From an uncultured bacterium (GTDB lineage Bacteria > Actinomycetota > Acidimicrobiia > Spongiisociales > UBA5794), in the NCBI GenBank assembly GCA_963801165.1, contig CAWDDT010000007.1:32001-96000 (forward strand): a stretch of 64,000 bases of DNA. Reading direction: 5' to 3'. Shown piece by piece: positions 18,902 through 28,882 of this stretch; the first letter of the stretch is position 1; each line of letters begins with the position of its first letter. Below the pieces are notes generated by a model, which did no database searches, was not told the origin of the DNA, and worked only from the letters and a program-made list of their open reading frames with translations. A program made the translations under genes and the position numbers.

Positions 18902-20628
18902 GACGCCTCCGCCTTGAGCTGAGACTCGACGATCTCGATGTAGGTCGGGCAGGTGTCGAGCAGTTCGTCGTGAGTCCCCAGCCCGACAACCTCACCGTCC
19001 TCGAGCACCGCGATCTGGTCGGCATCGGTGATGGTGAAGACACGCTGTGCCACGATCAGCACGGTCGCGCCGGCGGTCACGGCCTTGAGCGCATGCCGGA
19101 GCCGGGCGTCGGTGGCGACATCGAGCGCCGAGAACGAGTCGTCGAACAGGTAGATCTCGGGTCGGCGTATCACCGCACGGGCGATGGCGAGGCGCTGCCG
19201 CTGTCCACCGGATACGTTGGTACCTCCCTGGGCGATTGGAGCGTCGAGACCCTCGGGCATGTCGGCGACGAAAGCCTTGGCCTGGGCAATCTCGAGAGCC
19301 TCCCACATCTCCTCCTCGGTGGCGTCGGGCTTGCCGTGACGCAAATTGGAGGCGACGGTTCCTGAGAACAGGTAAGCCTTCTGTGGGACCAGACCTATCT
19401 TGCCCCACAAGACCTGAGGGTCGAGGTCTCTCACGTCGATCCCGTCGACGAGGACGCTTCCGCCGGTTACGTCGAACAGACGCGGAATCAGGCTGAGCAG
19501 CGTCGTTTTGCCTGCTCCGGTTGATCCGACGATGGCGGTGGTCTTGCCCGGTTTTGCCGAGAAGCTGATATCGCGCAGGACCGGGTGGGCGGCGCCGGCA
19601 TACGTGAACTCGGCGCCCTGGAACTCCACCTCGCCGTGCTTGAGCACAGTGGTGACACCCAGCTCGGGAGGCACGACGGAAGAGCTGGTGTCGAGCACGT
19701 CGACGATGCGTTCGGCCGACACGGCGGCCCGCGGGACCATCACGAGCATGAAAGTGGACATCATCACCGAGATGAGGATCTGGATCAGGTAGGAGAGAAA
19801 GGCCGTGAGCGCACCGATCTGCATCGCACCCGAATCGATGCGGTGGCCGCCGAACCAGAGCACGGCGACGCTGGAGACGTTCATCACCAACATCACGGTG
19901 GGGAACATGGCGGCCATCCACCTGCCGACGAATATGCCGATGTCGGTCAGGTCTTTGTTCGCCGTTTCGAATCGGTCGGTCTCGAAGGGTTCCCGAACAA
20001 ATGCCCGGATGACGCGGATACCGGTGATCTGTTCCCGCAGCACCTTGTTGACGGTGTCGAGCCGGGTCTGCATGAGCCGGAAACCGGGCACCATGCGAGA
20101 GATGATCAAGCCCGTGATGGCGGCCAGAACAGGCACGGCGACGGCGACCAGCCAGGACAGCCCGATGTCTTCTCGCATTGCCATTATCACGCCGCCGACG
20201 AGCATGATGGGAGCGGAGATCATCATGGTGAACGCCATTACGACGAGCATCTGAACCTGCTGAACGTCGTTGGTGTTGCGGTTGATCAGCGACGGGGCCC
20301 CGAACCGGCCCACCTCACGGCTCGAGAACGACCCGACCCGGTGGAAGAACCGGGACCGGACATCCCGCCCGAAGGCCATCGCCGTCTTGGCGCCGAAGTA
20401 CACCGCGGTGATGGTGCATGCGATCTGGATAAGCGATACGGCAAGCATCCACGCCCCGATGCGCATGATGTAGCCGGTGTCGCCGGTCACTACGCCCTTG
20501 TCGATGATGTCGGCATTGAGGCTCGGGAGGTACAGCGCGGCGATAGTGCCGACCAGTTGGAGGGCGAGGACGATGGCGATCCATCGCTTGTATGGGCGCA
20601 GGTTCTCTTTGAGCAGACGGAGCAGCAT
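18898..20628 (-). CDS. Heterodimeric ABC exporter, permease/ATP-binding subunit (degenerate site)
   Basis: GSTGAGKTT, VSGGQRQ, LFDDSF, VAQR. Confidence 0.93.
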   Translation of the reverse strand: MLLRLLKENLRPYKRWIAIVLALQLVGTIAALYLPSLNADIIDKGVVTGDTGYIMRIGAWMLAVSLIQIACTITAVYFGAKTAMAFGRDVRSRFFHRVGSFSSREVGRFGAPSLINRNTNDVQQVQMLVVMAFTMMISAPIMLVGGVIMAMREDIGLSWLVAVAVPVLAAITGLIISRMVPGFRLMQTRLDTVNKVLREQITGIRVIRAFVREPFETDRFETANKDLTDIGIFVGRWMAAMFPTVMLVMNVSSVAVLWFGGHRIDSGAMQIGALTAFLSYLIQILISVMMSTFMLVMVPRAAVSAERIVDVLDTSSSVVPPELGVTTVLKHGEVEFQGAEFTYAGAAHPVLRDISFSAKPGKTTAIVGSTGAGKTTLLSLIPRLFDVTGGSVLVDGIDVRDLDPQVLWGKIGLVPQKAYLFSGTVASNLRHGKPDATEEEMWEALEIAQAKAFVADMPEGLDAPIAQGGTNVSGGQRQRLAIARAVIRRPEIYLFDDSFSALDVATDARLRHALKAVTAGATVLIVAQRVFTITDADQIAVLEDGEVVGLGTHDELLDTCPTYIEIVESQLKAEAS

Positions 20629-21245
20629 CAGATCACCACCGGGTCTCGGGTCATTGCGCCGTGCAGGACGACTGCCACGATTTCTTCGACCGTGAGCTTG
20701 TCATCCGAGGCGAATAGGGGATGAGTGTTGACAAAGACTAGACCACGAAGCGCAACCGCAACGCGCGCCGGCTCGATGAGCAGCCGGTCGCTGTGCCTCC
20801 CGATGATGCCCGCCAGATCGGCTGTTATGGCCTCGAGCGATTCCGATGCGTAGCGTCTCGGGCTGGTACCCGGTGTCGGGTGTTTGATGTCGTGTGACAT
20901 CCCTCGCAACATCCCGACGAGGGCGGTGATCCGCTCGAAGTACCCGGCGAGAGCCTGTGCGGCGGCGAGCATCTGTGATTCGAGGGGCATATTCACGGGT
21001 ATCTGCCGCAGGGTCTCTCTGACCGGGAGCGGGTTCATGGTCGCTTTGACCGCTTCGTGCAGCAGGGTCGCCTTGTCGGGGAACACACGGAATATCGTGC
21101 CCTCTGCGATCCCCGCCGCTTGTGCCATCTCGGCGGTGGTCACGGCGGCTCCCTTCTCGAGCAGCAACGGGCACACCGCATCGAGGATCGCGGTGCGGCG
21201 GTCGTCAGGAGAGAGTGGCTTGGCTCTGCCGGTCTTGGCGCACAT
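20628..21245 (-). CDS. TetR/AcrR family regulator
   Basis: RRTAILDA...TTAEMAQAAGIAEGTIFRVFPDK; probable leaderless start downstream of TATATT. Confidence 0.88.
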   Translation of the reverse strand: MCAKTGRAKPLSPDDRRTAILDAVCPLLLEKGAAVTTAEMAQAAGIAEGTIFRVFPDKATLLHEAVKATMNPLPVRETLRQIPVNMPLESQMLAAAQALAGYFERITALVGMLRGMSHDIKHPTPGTSPRRYASESLEAITADLAGIIGRHSDRLLIEPARVAVALRGLVFVNTHPLFASDDKLTVEEIVAVVLHGAMTRDPVVI

Positions 21246-21260
21246 CCGTGGGAATATACA

Positions 21261-21278
21261 TGAGTGAGCACTCACTCA
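21261..21278. promoter_or_regulatory. Palindromic operator for the TetR-ABC exporter operon
   Basis: TGAGTGAG-CA-CTCACTCA perfect 8-bp inverted repeat next to a -10-like element. Confidence 0.7.
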
Positions 21279-21384
21279 CAAGGGGGTATTCGCGTCGCGG
21301 GGCGCCCGTGTCCGGCGGGCCCATCCGGCGCCGGCGACCCGATGCGATCATCCCCGTGCTAACGGAACGGCAATCTGTCGCTCC

Positions 21385-21636
21385 TCATCCTGGCGGTGTG
21401 CCACGTTTGCGTCTCATCCTCCGGGCGACGATGACACCCGCGACCGGTCCGGCGGCGAAGACCAGCACCGTGAGAACCCCGACGATCGTGTTTTGGCGAA
21501 ATACCTGCTTGATGCTCGCCTCGTAACCACCCTCGATACCGGAATAGATGATGACGTTGACTGCAGCGATCGCACCGACAACGCCGCCGACCAGACCACC
21601 CATTGTCAGATCTGTGAGCCAGGCTCGACCCCGCAT
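21385..21636 (-). CDS. Small two-TM membrane protein
   Basis: Two hydrophobic helices and a basic C-terminal tail. Confidence 0.55.
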   Translation of the reverse strand: MRGRAWLTDLTMGGLVGGVVGAIAAVNVIIYSGIEGGYEASIKQVFRQNTIVGVLTVLVFAAGPVAGVIVARRMRRKRGTPPG

Positions 21637-21684
21637 GGAGACATCATCGCAACCGCGGTCGGGTTTTGCCAGAGCACGCCGCGG

Positions 21685-23067
21685 TCAGGCCACGACCACC
21701 GTCTTTGCGTTGACGAACTCCCTGATCCCCTCGCCGGCGAGCTCACGGCCGTATCCGGAGCGCTTGATTCCGCCGAAGGGGAGCCGGGGATCTGATGCAA
21801 CCGGGGCGTTCACGAAGCAGGCGCCGGCCTCGAGCCGGTCTGCCGCGATCCGCTCCCCGCGGGCGACGTCGCGAGTGAATACGGCGGCGCCGAGCCCGTA
21901 CTCCGTGCTGTTGGCGATCGCGATGGCGGCGTCCTCATCGCGTGCCGGGATCACGGCGGCCACGGGCCCAAACGTCTCTTCGCTGTAGACCGGCATCGCA
22001 CTGGTCACCCCGGACAACAGGGTCGCCGGGTAGAACGCACCCGGCCCCGCGGGAATCTCGCCGCCGAGCACGACGTTCGCTCCTGCGGCGATGCTGGCTG
22101 CCACCTGGCGAGACAGCTCGTCCCGCAGGTCTACCCGGGCCTGTGGGCCGATGTCTGTCTCCTCGTCGAGGGGATCACCGAGCTTGCGGGTCGCCATCGC
22201 CGCCGCGAGCTTCTCTACGAAATTGTCGTGAACGGACGAGGCGACGATGAACCGCTTGGCTGCAATACAGCTCTGTCCACCGTTGATCAGCCGGCTCGCC
22301 GCACAGACCTCGGCTGCAAGGTCGAGGTCGGCATCGGCGAGAACCAGATACGGGTCGCTACCACCGAGCTCGAGTACCGTCTTCTTCAACAACGATCCGG
22401 CCTTGGCGGCTACCGCGGCTCCGGCCGGGCCCGACCCGGTGAGTGTCGCGGCAACGACGCGTGGGTCCTCCAGCACGGCGGCAACGCGTGACGACCCGAT
22501 GACCAGAACTCCGAACAGACCGGCCGGCAGCCCGGCATCCTCGACGATCCGCTCGATGGCGAGGGCACACCCGGTGACATTCGATGCGTGTTTGAGCAAC
22601 ACGCCGTTGCCGGCCATCAGGGCAGGAGCCGAGAAGCGGAACACCTGCCAGAGCGGGAAGTTCCACGGCATGACGGCCAGGATCACTCCCAGCGGGCGAT
22701 AGGCGACGTAGCTGGCCGCCCGTTCGGTGGCGATGGGGGAGTCCTCCAGGTAGCCCTCTGCGTTCTCGGCGTAGTGGCGGCACACCCAGGCGCACTTGGT
22801 CGCTTCCGAGCGACCCTCCCGCACCGGTTTGCCCATCTCTAGAGCCATGAGTTGCGCCAGTTCGTCGCGGCGCTCCTCGAGTAGATCAGCCATTCGTAGC
22901 AGCACTGGCGCACGTTCGGCGTAAGTGAGATGGCTCCAATCGCGAAAACAGTTGTGTGCCAGCCCGATACGGGTGGCCACCTGATCTGCGGTGTGCTCCG
23001 CGTAGCCGGCGAGCAGCTCGCCGGTGGCCGGGTTGTAGGTCTCGATCGTATCCAAAGCCTGGCTCAC
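21685..23067 (-). CDS. NAD(P)-dependent aldehyde dehydrogenase (succinate-semialdehyde DH-like)
   Basis: MPWNFP, LKHASN, TLTGS, LELGGSDP, GQSCIA, EETFGP, PFGGIKRSGYGREL. Confidence 0.92.
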   Translation of the reverse strand: MSQALDTIETYNPATGELLAGYAEHTADQVATRIGLAHNCFRDWSHLTYAERAPVLLRMADLLEERRDELAQLMALEMGKPVREGRSEATKCAWVCRHYAENAEGYLEDSPIATERAASYVAYRPLGVILAVMPWNFPLWQVFRFSAPALMAGNGVLLKHASNVTGCALAIERIVEDAGLPAGLFGVLVIGSSRVAAVLEDPRVVAATLTGSGPAGAAVAAKAGSLLKKTVLELGGSDPYLVLADADLDLAAEVCAASRLINGGQSCIAAKRFIVASSVHDNFVEKLAAAMATRKLGDPLDEETDIGPQARVDLRDELSRQVAASIAAGANVVLGGEIPAGPGAFYPATLLSGVTSAMPVYSEETFGPVAAVIPARDEDAAIAIANSTEYGLGAAVFTRDVARGERIAADRLEAGACFVNAPVASDPRLPFGGIKRSGYGRELAGEGIREFVNAKTVVVA

Positions 23068-23116
23068 ACCGCCTCCTCGTATCTCTTGTGTTTCCCGCTG
23101 CTCGTAGTCCTCTCAC

Positions 23117-23755
23117 TCACAGCAACTTGCCGTCGCCTTCCCGGCCATGGACGAACCAGATCGCCCGCACCGGCTCATCTCCCTCGTTGAATAGCCGGTG
23201 GGGTCGCGTCGAGTCGAAGGCGATCGAGTCGCCCGGGTGCAGCTCGTACTTCTGGAAGCCGATCTGGATGCTCAGAACACCCGAGATCACATAGCCGTAC
23301 TCGCGGCCGTGATGGCGCATCAGCGACTCGTCGGGCGTCGACGCGCCTCCGACCTCATAGGTTGCGTGAAGAAAGTCAACAGTGTCTTCCGGGACAGGGT
23401 TGAGGTCTTCCCACCTCACCCCCGAGTCGAGGTCGATGACCCCACGATCCCGAGGATGGACCAGGGGAGCGGTCGGATGCGACGGGTTCCGGGGAGGCTC
23501 GTCGCCATCGTGGTAGTCCTCGCCGCGGATCACCCTGTCCAGGGAGACGTCGAGCTCGGTGACGATGGCGTACAGCGTGCCCACCGAGGGTTTCGACTGA
23601 CCGCTCTCGATCTGCGAGATCATGCTCGCCGATAGGCCGAGACGGCGGGCGAGCTCGCGCTGGCTCAGCCCGGCATTGACCCGTTCCTCCCGGAGCCGAT
23701 CAGCGATTCCGTCGAGTCTCTCCTGCACCCTGGCGTCCCCATGTGCATCAGTCAC
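23117..23755 (-). CDS. XRE-family HTH regulator with cupin sensor domain
   Basis: LSQRELARRLGLSASMISQIE.G...PS; H.GREYGYV..G, GDSIAFDSTRPH. Confidence 0.92.
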   Translation of the reverse strand: MTDAHGDARVQERLDGIADRLREERVNAGLSQRELARRLGLSASMISQIESGQSKPSVGTLYAIVTELDVSLDRVIRGEDYHDGDEPPRNPSHPTAPLVHPRDRGVIDLDSGVRWEDLNPVPEDTVDFLHATYEVGGASTPDESLMRHHGREYGYVISGVLSIQIGFQKYELHPGDSIAFDSTRPHRLFNEGDEPVRAIWFVHGREGDGKLL

Positions 23756-24444
23756 AGCAACATCCAGCCGCCGTCAACGTAGAGGTTGGTGCCGTTCATG
23801 GCGGGGTTCTCGAGCAAGAATTCCGTTGCCCCCACGATGTCGGCCATGGTGGCGAGCCGCCGGGTCGGCGTTCGCTCGATCACCGCATCGAGCGGCTTGT
23901 CCTTCCAGAAGGGGCTGTCGCCGACGATCCCCGGGTGGAGGGCGTTGAAGCGCACCGGCGCAAGTTCGATTGCCAGGGTTCGGATCAGGCTGCTGACACC
24001 GCCGTTGACGGTAGTCACCGTTGTCGATCCGGGGTAGGGACGGTCCTTGGCGCGACCGCCGAAGAGCACGACGGACGCGTCATCGGTGAACCGTGAGATA
24101 AGGGTGTGGACCGTCTCGGTGTAGCCGACCAGCTTCATTGTCGTCAGGTACATGGCACCCGGGATGGTGTATTCCCTGATCGGGTTGTTGTCCCGGGCGA
24201 TGGCGAGCAGCACCAGACGGGACACCGGTCCGATGCCGGCGAGGGCAGATGAAATCGTCTCCGGCTCCGCCATGTCGAACGCGATTGCGGAGACATCTCC
24301 GCCGAGGTCTGCAGCGACCCGGTCTGCCTTTGCCTGATCCCGACCCGTGATGACAACGGAGGCGCCCCTGTCCGCATAGTGACGAGCCACCTCGCGTCCG
24401 ATCCCCCCGGTGCCCCCAACCACGACCACTGTGCCATCTGCCAT
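23752..24444 (-). CDS. SDR family oxidoreductase (atypical)
   Basis: GGTGGIG, LAIELAPVRFNALHPG, VDGG; no canonical YxxxK. Confidence 0.85.
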   Translation of the reverse strand: MADGTVVVVGGTGGIGREVARHYADRGASVVITGRDQAKADRVAADLGGDVSAIAFDMAEPETISSALAGIGPVSRLVLLAIARDNNPIREYTIPGAMYLTTMKLVGYTETVHTLISRFTDDASVVLFGGRAKDRPYPGSTTVTTVNGGVSSLIRTLAIELAPVRFNALHPGIVGDSPFWKDKPLDAVIERTPTRRLATMADIVGATEFLLENPAMNGTNLYVDGGWMLL

Positions 24445-24523
24445 CGTTCACCTCTCCTTTGCATCCGGCGGACTGTCTCCCGGTTCTACCTGTTAGCGAG
24501 GATAGACGTCCGAAGGCGACAGC

Positions 24524-24541
24524 GTGTAGTGTCGCTGGACA
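24524..24541. promoter_or_regulatory. Probable operator/-10 element, copy 1
   Basis: GTGTAGTGTCGCT is identical to 25796-25808; imperfect TGT..N..ACA dyad. Confidence 0.5.
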
Positions 24542-24563
24542 GACTAGCCGATCAAATGAAGGT

Positions 24564-25781
24564 GTGGACATCACAAACGAAAGATTCGATGTGTGCGTTG
24601 TCGGTGGTGGTCTCGTCGGGCTCGCCGTCGCCAGAGCTATCGCCCACGGATTCGTTGGTGCCTCGATTCTCGTACTGGAGAAGGAGGGCGAGGTTGCAGC
24701 GCACCAGAGCAGCCACAACAGCGGCGTGGTCCACTCCGGCCTCTACTACCGGCCGGGCTCGCTCAAGGCACGGCTGTGTGTCGTCGGACGCAAGGATGTG
24801 TATGACATGTGCGCCGACTACGACATCCCTTACCGCGTGTCGGGAAAGCTCGTGATCGCAACGCGGTCGTCCGAGATGGCAGCGCTTGATGAGTTGGAAC
24901 GGCGTGGACGGGCCAACGGCCTGACCGGGCTCCGCAGGCTTGGAGCCGCAGAAATTACCGAGATCGAGCCCGCTGCCGCAGGGTTGGCGGCGCTCCATGT
25001 ACCGGAAGCCGGCGTCGCCGACTACCCGGCGCTGGCTCTTTGCCACGTCTCGGCGCTCGAGAGCGTGGGAGCCGTGGTAGTCACCGGGGCCGCTGTGGTC
25101 AGGATCGAGCACCTCGAATCGGGCGTTGCGGTTACCACATCGAGCCAGCGATATGTCGCACGGACATTGGTGAATTGCGCTGGTCTGCACGCCGACCAGG
25201 TGGCGGCGATGGCAGACGTCGAGTCGAGCATCAGGATCATCCCGTTTCGTGGCGAGTACTACCGGATGGCGCCGGAAGCGGCGGGTCTGGTGCGCAGCCT
25301 CATCTACCCGGTGCCCGATCCACGCTTTCCCTTCCTGGGCGTCCACTTCACCAGGAGGATCGACGACACCGTAGAAGTCGGGCCAAATGCGGTCCTGGCG
25401 CTCGGACGCGAGCATTACCGCGGAGCGGCGCCGGATTGGTCCGAGCTGCGTTCGGTGATCGCCTATCCGGGTTTCCGCAGACTGGCGGGACGTCACTTGC
25501 TGTCGGGGACGAAGGAACTGGTCAACTCCAGGTCGACCCGGCTTTACGCCCGCCTGGCGCGCCGTCTGATTCCGGCGCTGCGTCGCGATCACCTCCTCAC
25601 CGGCGGTGCCGGGGTGCGAGCCCAGGCGGTCGATGCGCAGGGCAATCTCGTTGACGACTTCGTCATCGAAACGGCTGGCGCGACGGTCCACGTTCTCAAT
25701 GCACCTTCACCGGGCGCAACAGCCAGCATTGCCATAGGGAAATACGTCGCCGCGAAAATAAAACCCCTTTTGTCCCACTAA
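24564..25781 (+). CDS. lhgO: L-2-hydroxyglutarate oxidase family FAD oxidoreductase
   Basis: VVGGGLVG, HQSSHNSGVVHSGLYY.PGSLKA, PFRGEY, IYPVPDP.FPFLGVHFT, GVRAQA, NAPSP.AT. Confidence 0.88.
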   Translation: MDITNERFDVCVVGGGLVGLAVARAIAHGFVGASILVLEKEGEVAAHQSSHNSGVVHSGLYYRPGSLKARLCVVGRKDVYDMCADYDIPYRVSGKLVIATRSSEMAALDELERRGRANGLTGLRRLGAAEITEIEPAAAGLAALHVPEAGVADYPALALCHVSALESVGAVVVTGAAVVRIEHLESGVAVTTSSQRYVARTLVNCAGLHADQVAAMADVESSIRIIPFRGEYYRMAPEAAGLVRSLIYPVPDPRFPFLGVHFTRRIDDTVEVGPNAVLALGREHYRGAAPDWSELRSVIAYPGFRRLAGRHLLSGTKELVNSRSTRLYARLARRLIPALRRDHLLTGGAGVRAQAVDAQGNLVDDFVIETAGATVHVLNAPSPGATASIAIGKYVAAKIKPLLSH

Positions 25782-25795
25782 ACACCGAATCTGAT

Positions 25796-25812
25796 GTGTA
25801 GTGTCGCTAATC
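25796..25812 (+). promoter_or_regulatory. Probable operator/-10 element, copy 2
   Basis: GTGTAGTGTCGCT, with TAGTGT (TAnnnT) 8 nt before ATG 25813. Confidence 0.5.
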
Positions 25813-26706
25813 ATGGTTGAGGACCAGCGTACTGTGGCAGTGATCGGCCTCGGCACCATGGGAAGCGCGATGGCTCGCCGCCTCCGGGGTGCTGGGTACG
25901 AGTTGACCGTTTGGAATCGCAGCCGCTCGAGAGCCGAGGCACTGGCGTCCGAGATCGGCGCAACCGTCGCCCCAACCGCAGCCGAGGCGGCGAAGACGGT
26001 CTCGATCACCATCACCAGTCTCGCCGACGACGCGGCGGTGGAGGCGGTCTACCTGGGAGCGGATGGGATCGTCGCCGGGATCGGCCCCGGGACGATTGCC
26101 GTCGACACCAGCACTGTTGATCCGGATACGATTCTCCGAGTCGGGAACGCCGTTGATGCGACGGGTGCGGAGTTCTTCGATTGCCCGGTGTCCGGGAGCG
26201 TGGCGACGGTCTCGGCCGGCGCGTTGACGATGATGGCCGGCGACCAGGGTGATCTCGTCGGGCGGGTTGAGCCGGTGCTGCTGTCGTCGATCGCCACGCG
26301 TGTCATCCGGGTCGGGCCCCGCGGCTCGGGATCCGCCTGCAAGCTCGCAGTCAACGGTTTGCTCCACGGTCTCAACGTCGCGCTCTCCGAAGCGCTCGTG
26401 CTCGCGGAGAAGGCGGGTATCAAGCGGAATATCGCATACGAGGTCTTTGCCGGTGGTGCGGGAGGTGCTCCGTTCGTCCAATACAAGCGAAACGCCTACG
26501 AAAACCCGGAAACGGCGCCGGTGGACTTCAGTCTCGAACTGGTTCTCAAGGATCTCGACCTGATCACAGGTCTCGGCGAGAAGGTCGGCGCACCTATGGA
26601 TCAAGCCGAGACCGGTCGAGCGATCGTGCGCGGGGCAATAGCCGCCGGCTTCGGCGGCAGGGATCTGAGTGCGATCGCGATGTACCTGCGAAGCGAGGCG
26701 GAATAA
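25813..26706 (+). CDS. Beta-hydroxyacid (3-hydroxyisobutyrate-like) dehydrogenase
   Basis: IGLGTMG, VWNRS, DCPVSGS, CKLAVN, KDL. Confidence 0.88.
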   Translation: MVEDQRTVAVIGLGTMGSAMARRLRGAGYELTVWNRSRSRAEALASEIGATVAPTAAEAAKTVSITITSLADDAAVEAVYLGADGIVAGIGPGTIAVDTSTVDPDTILRVGNAVDATGAEFFDCPVSGSVATVSAGALTMMAGDQGDLVGRVEPVLLSSIATRVIRVGPRGSGSACKLAVNGLLHGLNVALSEALVLAEKAGIKRNIAYEVFAGGAGGAPFVQYKRNAYENPETAPVDFSLELVLKDLDLITGLGEKVGAPMDQAETGRAIVRGAIAAGFGGRDLSAIAMYLRSEAE

Positions 26707-27632
26707 TGGCCAACCACATCGTCAAGAAGACAACCGACCTGTTCCACACCGCACCCGCAGAGTTCGTTCGGAGGAGCACGGGATACACGACGGCTGCGAT
26801 CGTCGACGAGGAAGGCGGTGCGGTCCAGATGGGCTTCCGGATGGCTCGTCTCGACCCGGGGGGCAGCGTGGCCGCCCACGTTCACTCCTTCGAAGAGACC
26901 GTTTACGTCATTGACGGTTCGCTGGTCGTCGACACGCCGGACGGAAGCCGGCGGCTGTCCACCGGCGACTACGGGCTTCTGCCCGTCGGGCTAACCCACG
27001 CCTTCCGCAACCCGGGGTCCGCCCCCGTCGAGTTCGCCGAGATGAAGGCCCCGCTGCCGCGAGCCCGTTTCGACTTCGATACACAGTTCCCCGAACCGCT
27101 GACCACAACCGACCCGCAGCCGATCGATGTCAGGGACCCGCGCAACCTGAGCTTCGGGCACATCGACCCCGAGTCCATGGACCCCACCCTGCAAACCCAG
27201 AACCGTCTTGCGCTCAGCGCCAGCATGCGCACCGCGTTGCTCGTCTACAGCGGGATCACCGTGAAGATGATGATCGACTCCGATCTCGGAGCGGACCTCT
27301 CGACGATGTTCATGGTGCAATACGAGCCGGGCGGCTTTGCGGGAGCGCACGACCATCCGCTCGAGGAGGCGTATCTGATCCTCGCCGGGGAGGTCGAGGC
27401 GACCTTCGACGGGAACGTCTACCAGCTCGGACCGGGTGACATCGCCTGGGCAGGCGTGGGCTGCGTCCACGAGTTTCACAACCTGGGCACCGGCTTCGTC
27501 AGATGGTTGGAGACTCAGGCGCCGCAGCCGCCACCCCGGCACTCCTACAGATTTGCCCGTGACTGGACCTACCTCGAGAACCTGCTTGCCATACGCACAG
27601 AAAAGACCAATGAAGAAGGAGGGGCCCAATGA
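26706..27632 (+). CDS. Bicupin protein
   Basis: Two metal-binding cupin motifs: HVHSFEE...H and HDHPLEE...H. Confidence 0.85.
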   Translation: MANHIVKKTTDLFHTAPAEFVRRSTGYTTAAIVDEEGGAVQMGFRMARLDPGGSVAAHVHSFEETVYVIDGSLVVDTPDGSRRLSTGDYGLLPVGLTHAFRNPGSAPVEFAEMKAPLPRARFDFDTQFPEPLTTTDPQPIDVRDPRNLSFGHIDPESMDPTLQTQNRLALSASMRTALLVYSGITVKMMIDSDLGADLSTMFMVQYEPGGFAGAHDHPLEEAYLILAGEVEATFDGNVYQLGPGDIAWAGVGCVHEFHNLGTGFVRWLETQAPQPPPRHSYRFARDWTYLENLLAIRTEKTNEEGGAQ

Positions 27633-28882
27633 ACGAGTTTCCGGTAGCCACCAGTCCCGCCCCAGGGGTGATGGGCGTCGATTGGGAGAATCGAGTCGAC
27701 TTCGAGCGCCTTCGCCAGTATCGCCTCGCCCGGGTGAAGAAGATGCTCGAGCAATTCGACCTGGGTGCAGTGCTGTTGTTCGAGACGTCGAACATCCGGT
27801 ACGCCACCGCCACCCAGATCGGGTATTGGGCGTTCAACAAGGGGGAGCGCTATGCGCTCGTCACCAGAGACAGCCGGCCCCGCATCTGGGACTTCGGCTC
27901 TGCCGCCAAGGCGCATCGTTTGCAGCTGCCGCACATGTACGACACGGAGAACACGGTAGGGGGCAACACGGGCCTCCAGGGTGCCATTGGGCCGGAGACC
28001 GGTCTCCATTCCGGTGCGGCACGCGAGATCAAGGCAGTGCTCGAAGCGGAGGGACTGGCCGGCGAGAAGCTGGGAGTCGACCTCGCCGAGACCGGCGTCT
28101 TCCTGGCGCTGCAAGCCGAGGGTCTCAACGTCGTCGACGGGCAACAAGCAATGATGCACGCCCGCGAGATCAAGAGCCAGGACGAGATCATCCTGCTCAC
28201 CCAGGCATGCGCCATGGTCGACGGCGTCTACCAGGACATCTACGAAGCTCTGAAGCCGGGAGTGCGGGAGTCGGACATCGTCGGTCTTGCTCACGCCCGG
28301 CTCTTCGAGATGGGCTCGGAGTTCGTCGAAGCGATCAACTCGATCGCCGGCGAGCGCTGCAGCCCGCACCCGCATGTATTCAGCGACCGCCTGATCCGCC
28401 CCGGCGACCAGGCCTACTTCGACATCATCCACGTGTTCAACGGCTATCGGACCTGTTATTACCGGACGTTCGTCGTCGGACGCGCCACCCAGCCGCAACG
28501 TGACGCCTTCAAGCAGTCACGCGAGTGGATGGATGCCGCCATCGAGTTGGTGCGTCCGGGAACCACGACCGATCAGATCGCCAAGGTTTGGCCGCGGGCG
28601 GAGGAGTTCGGGTTCGAGAACGAGATGGATGCGTTCGGCCTCCAGTTCGGTCATGGGGTCGGTGTCGGCCTCCACGAGCGTCCCATCATCAGCAGGCTCA
28701 ATTCGCTCGACTCTCCCGTCGAGATCGAGGAGGGCATGCTCTTTGCGCTCGAGACGTACGCCCCGGCCTCAGACGGGCGGTCGGCGGCGCGCATCGAGGA
28801 GGAGGTCGTCGTCACCGCAGACGGCTGCAAGGTGATCACGCTCTTCCCGTGCGAGGAACTGATGGTCGCCAATGCATACTGA
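27629..28882 (+). CDS. M24 (Xaa-Pro aminopeptidase/creatinase/DddP-fold) hydrolase
   Basis: NIRYAT, REIKS.DEI, GHGVGVGLHE.P, FALET, RIEEE. Confidence 0.87.
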   Translation: MNEFPVATSPAPGVMGVDWENRVDFERLRQYRLARVKKMLEQFDLGAVLLFETSNIRYATATQIGYWAFNKGERYALVTRDSRPRIWDFGSAAKAHRLQLPHMYDTENTVGGNTGLQGAIGPETGLHSGAAREIKAVLEAEGLAGEKLGVDLAETGVFLALQAEGLNVVDGQQAMMHAREIKSQDEIILLTQACAMVDGVYQDIYEALKPGVRESDIVGLAHARLFEMGSEFVEAINSIAGERCSPHPHVFSDRLIRPGDQAYFDIIHVFNGYRTCYYRTFVVGRATQPQRDAFKQSREWMDAAIELVRPGTTTDQIAKVWPRAEEFGFENEMDAFGLQFGHGVGVGLHERPIISRLNSLDSPVEIEEGMLFALETYAPASDGRSAARIEEEVVVTADGCKVITLFPCEELMVANAY

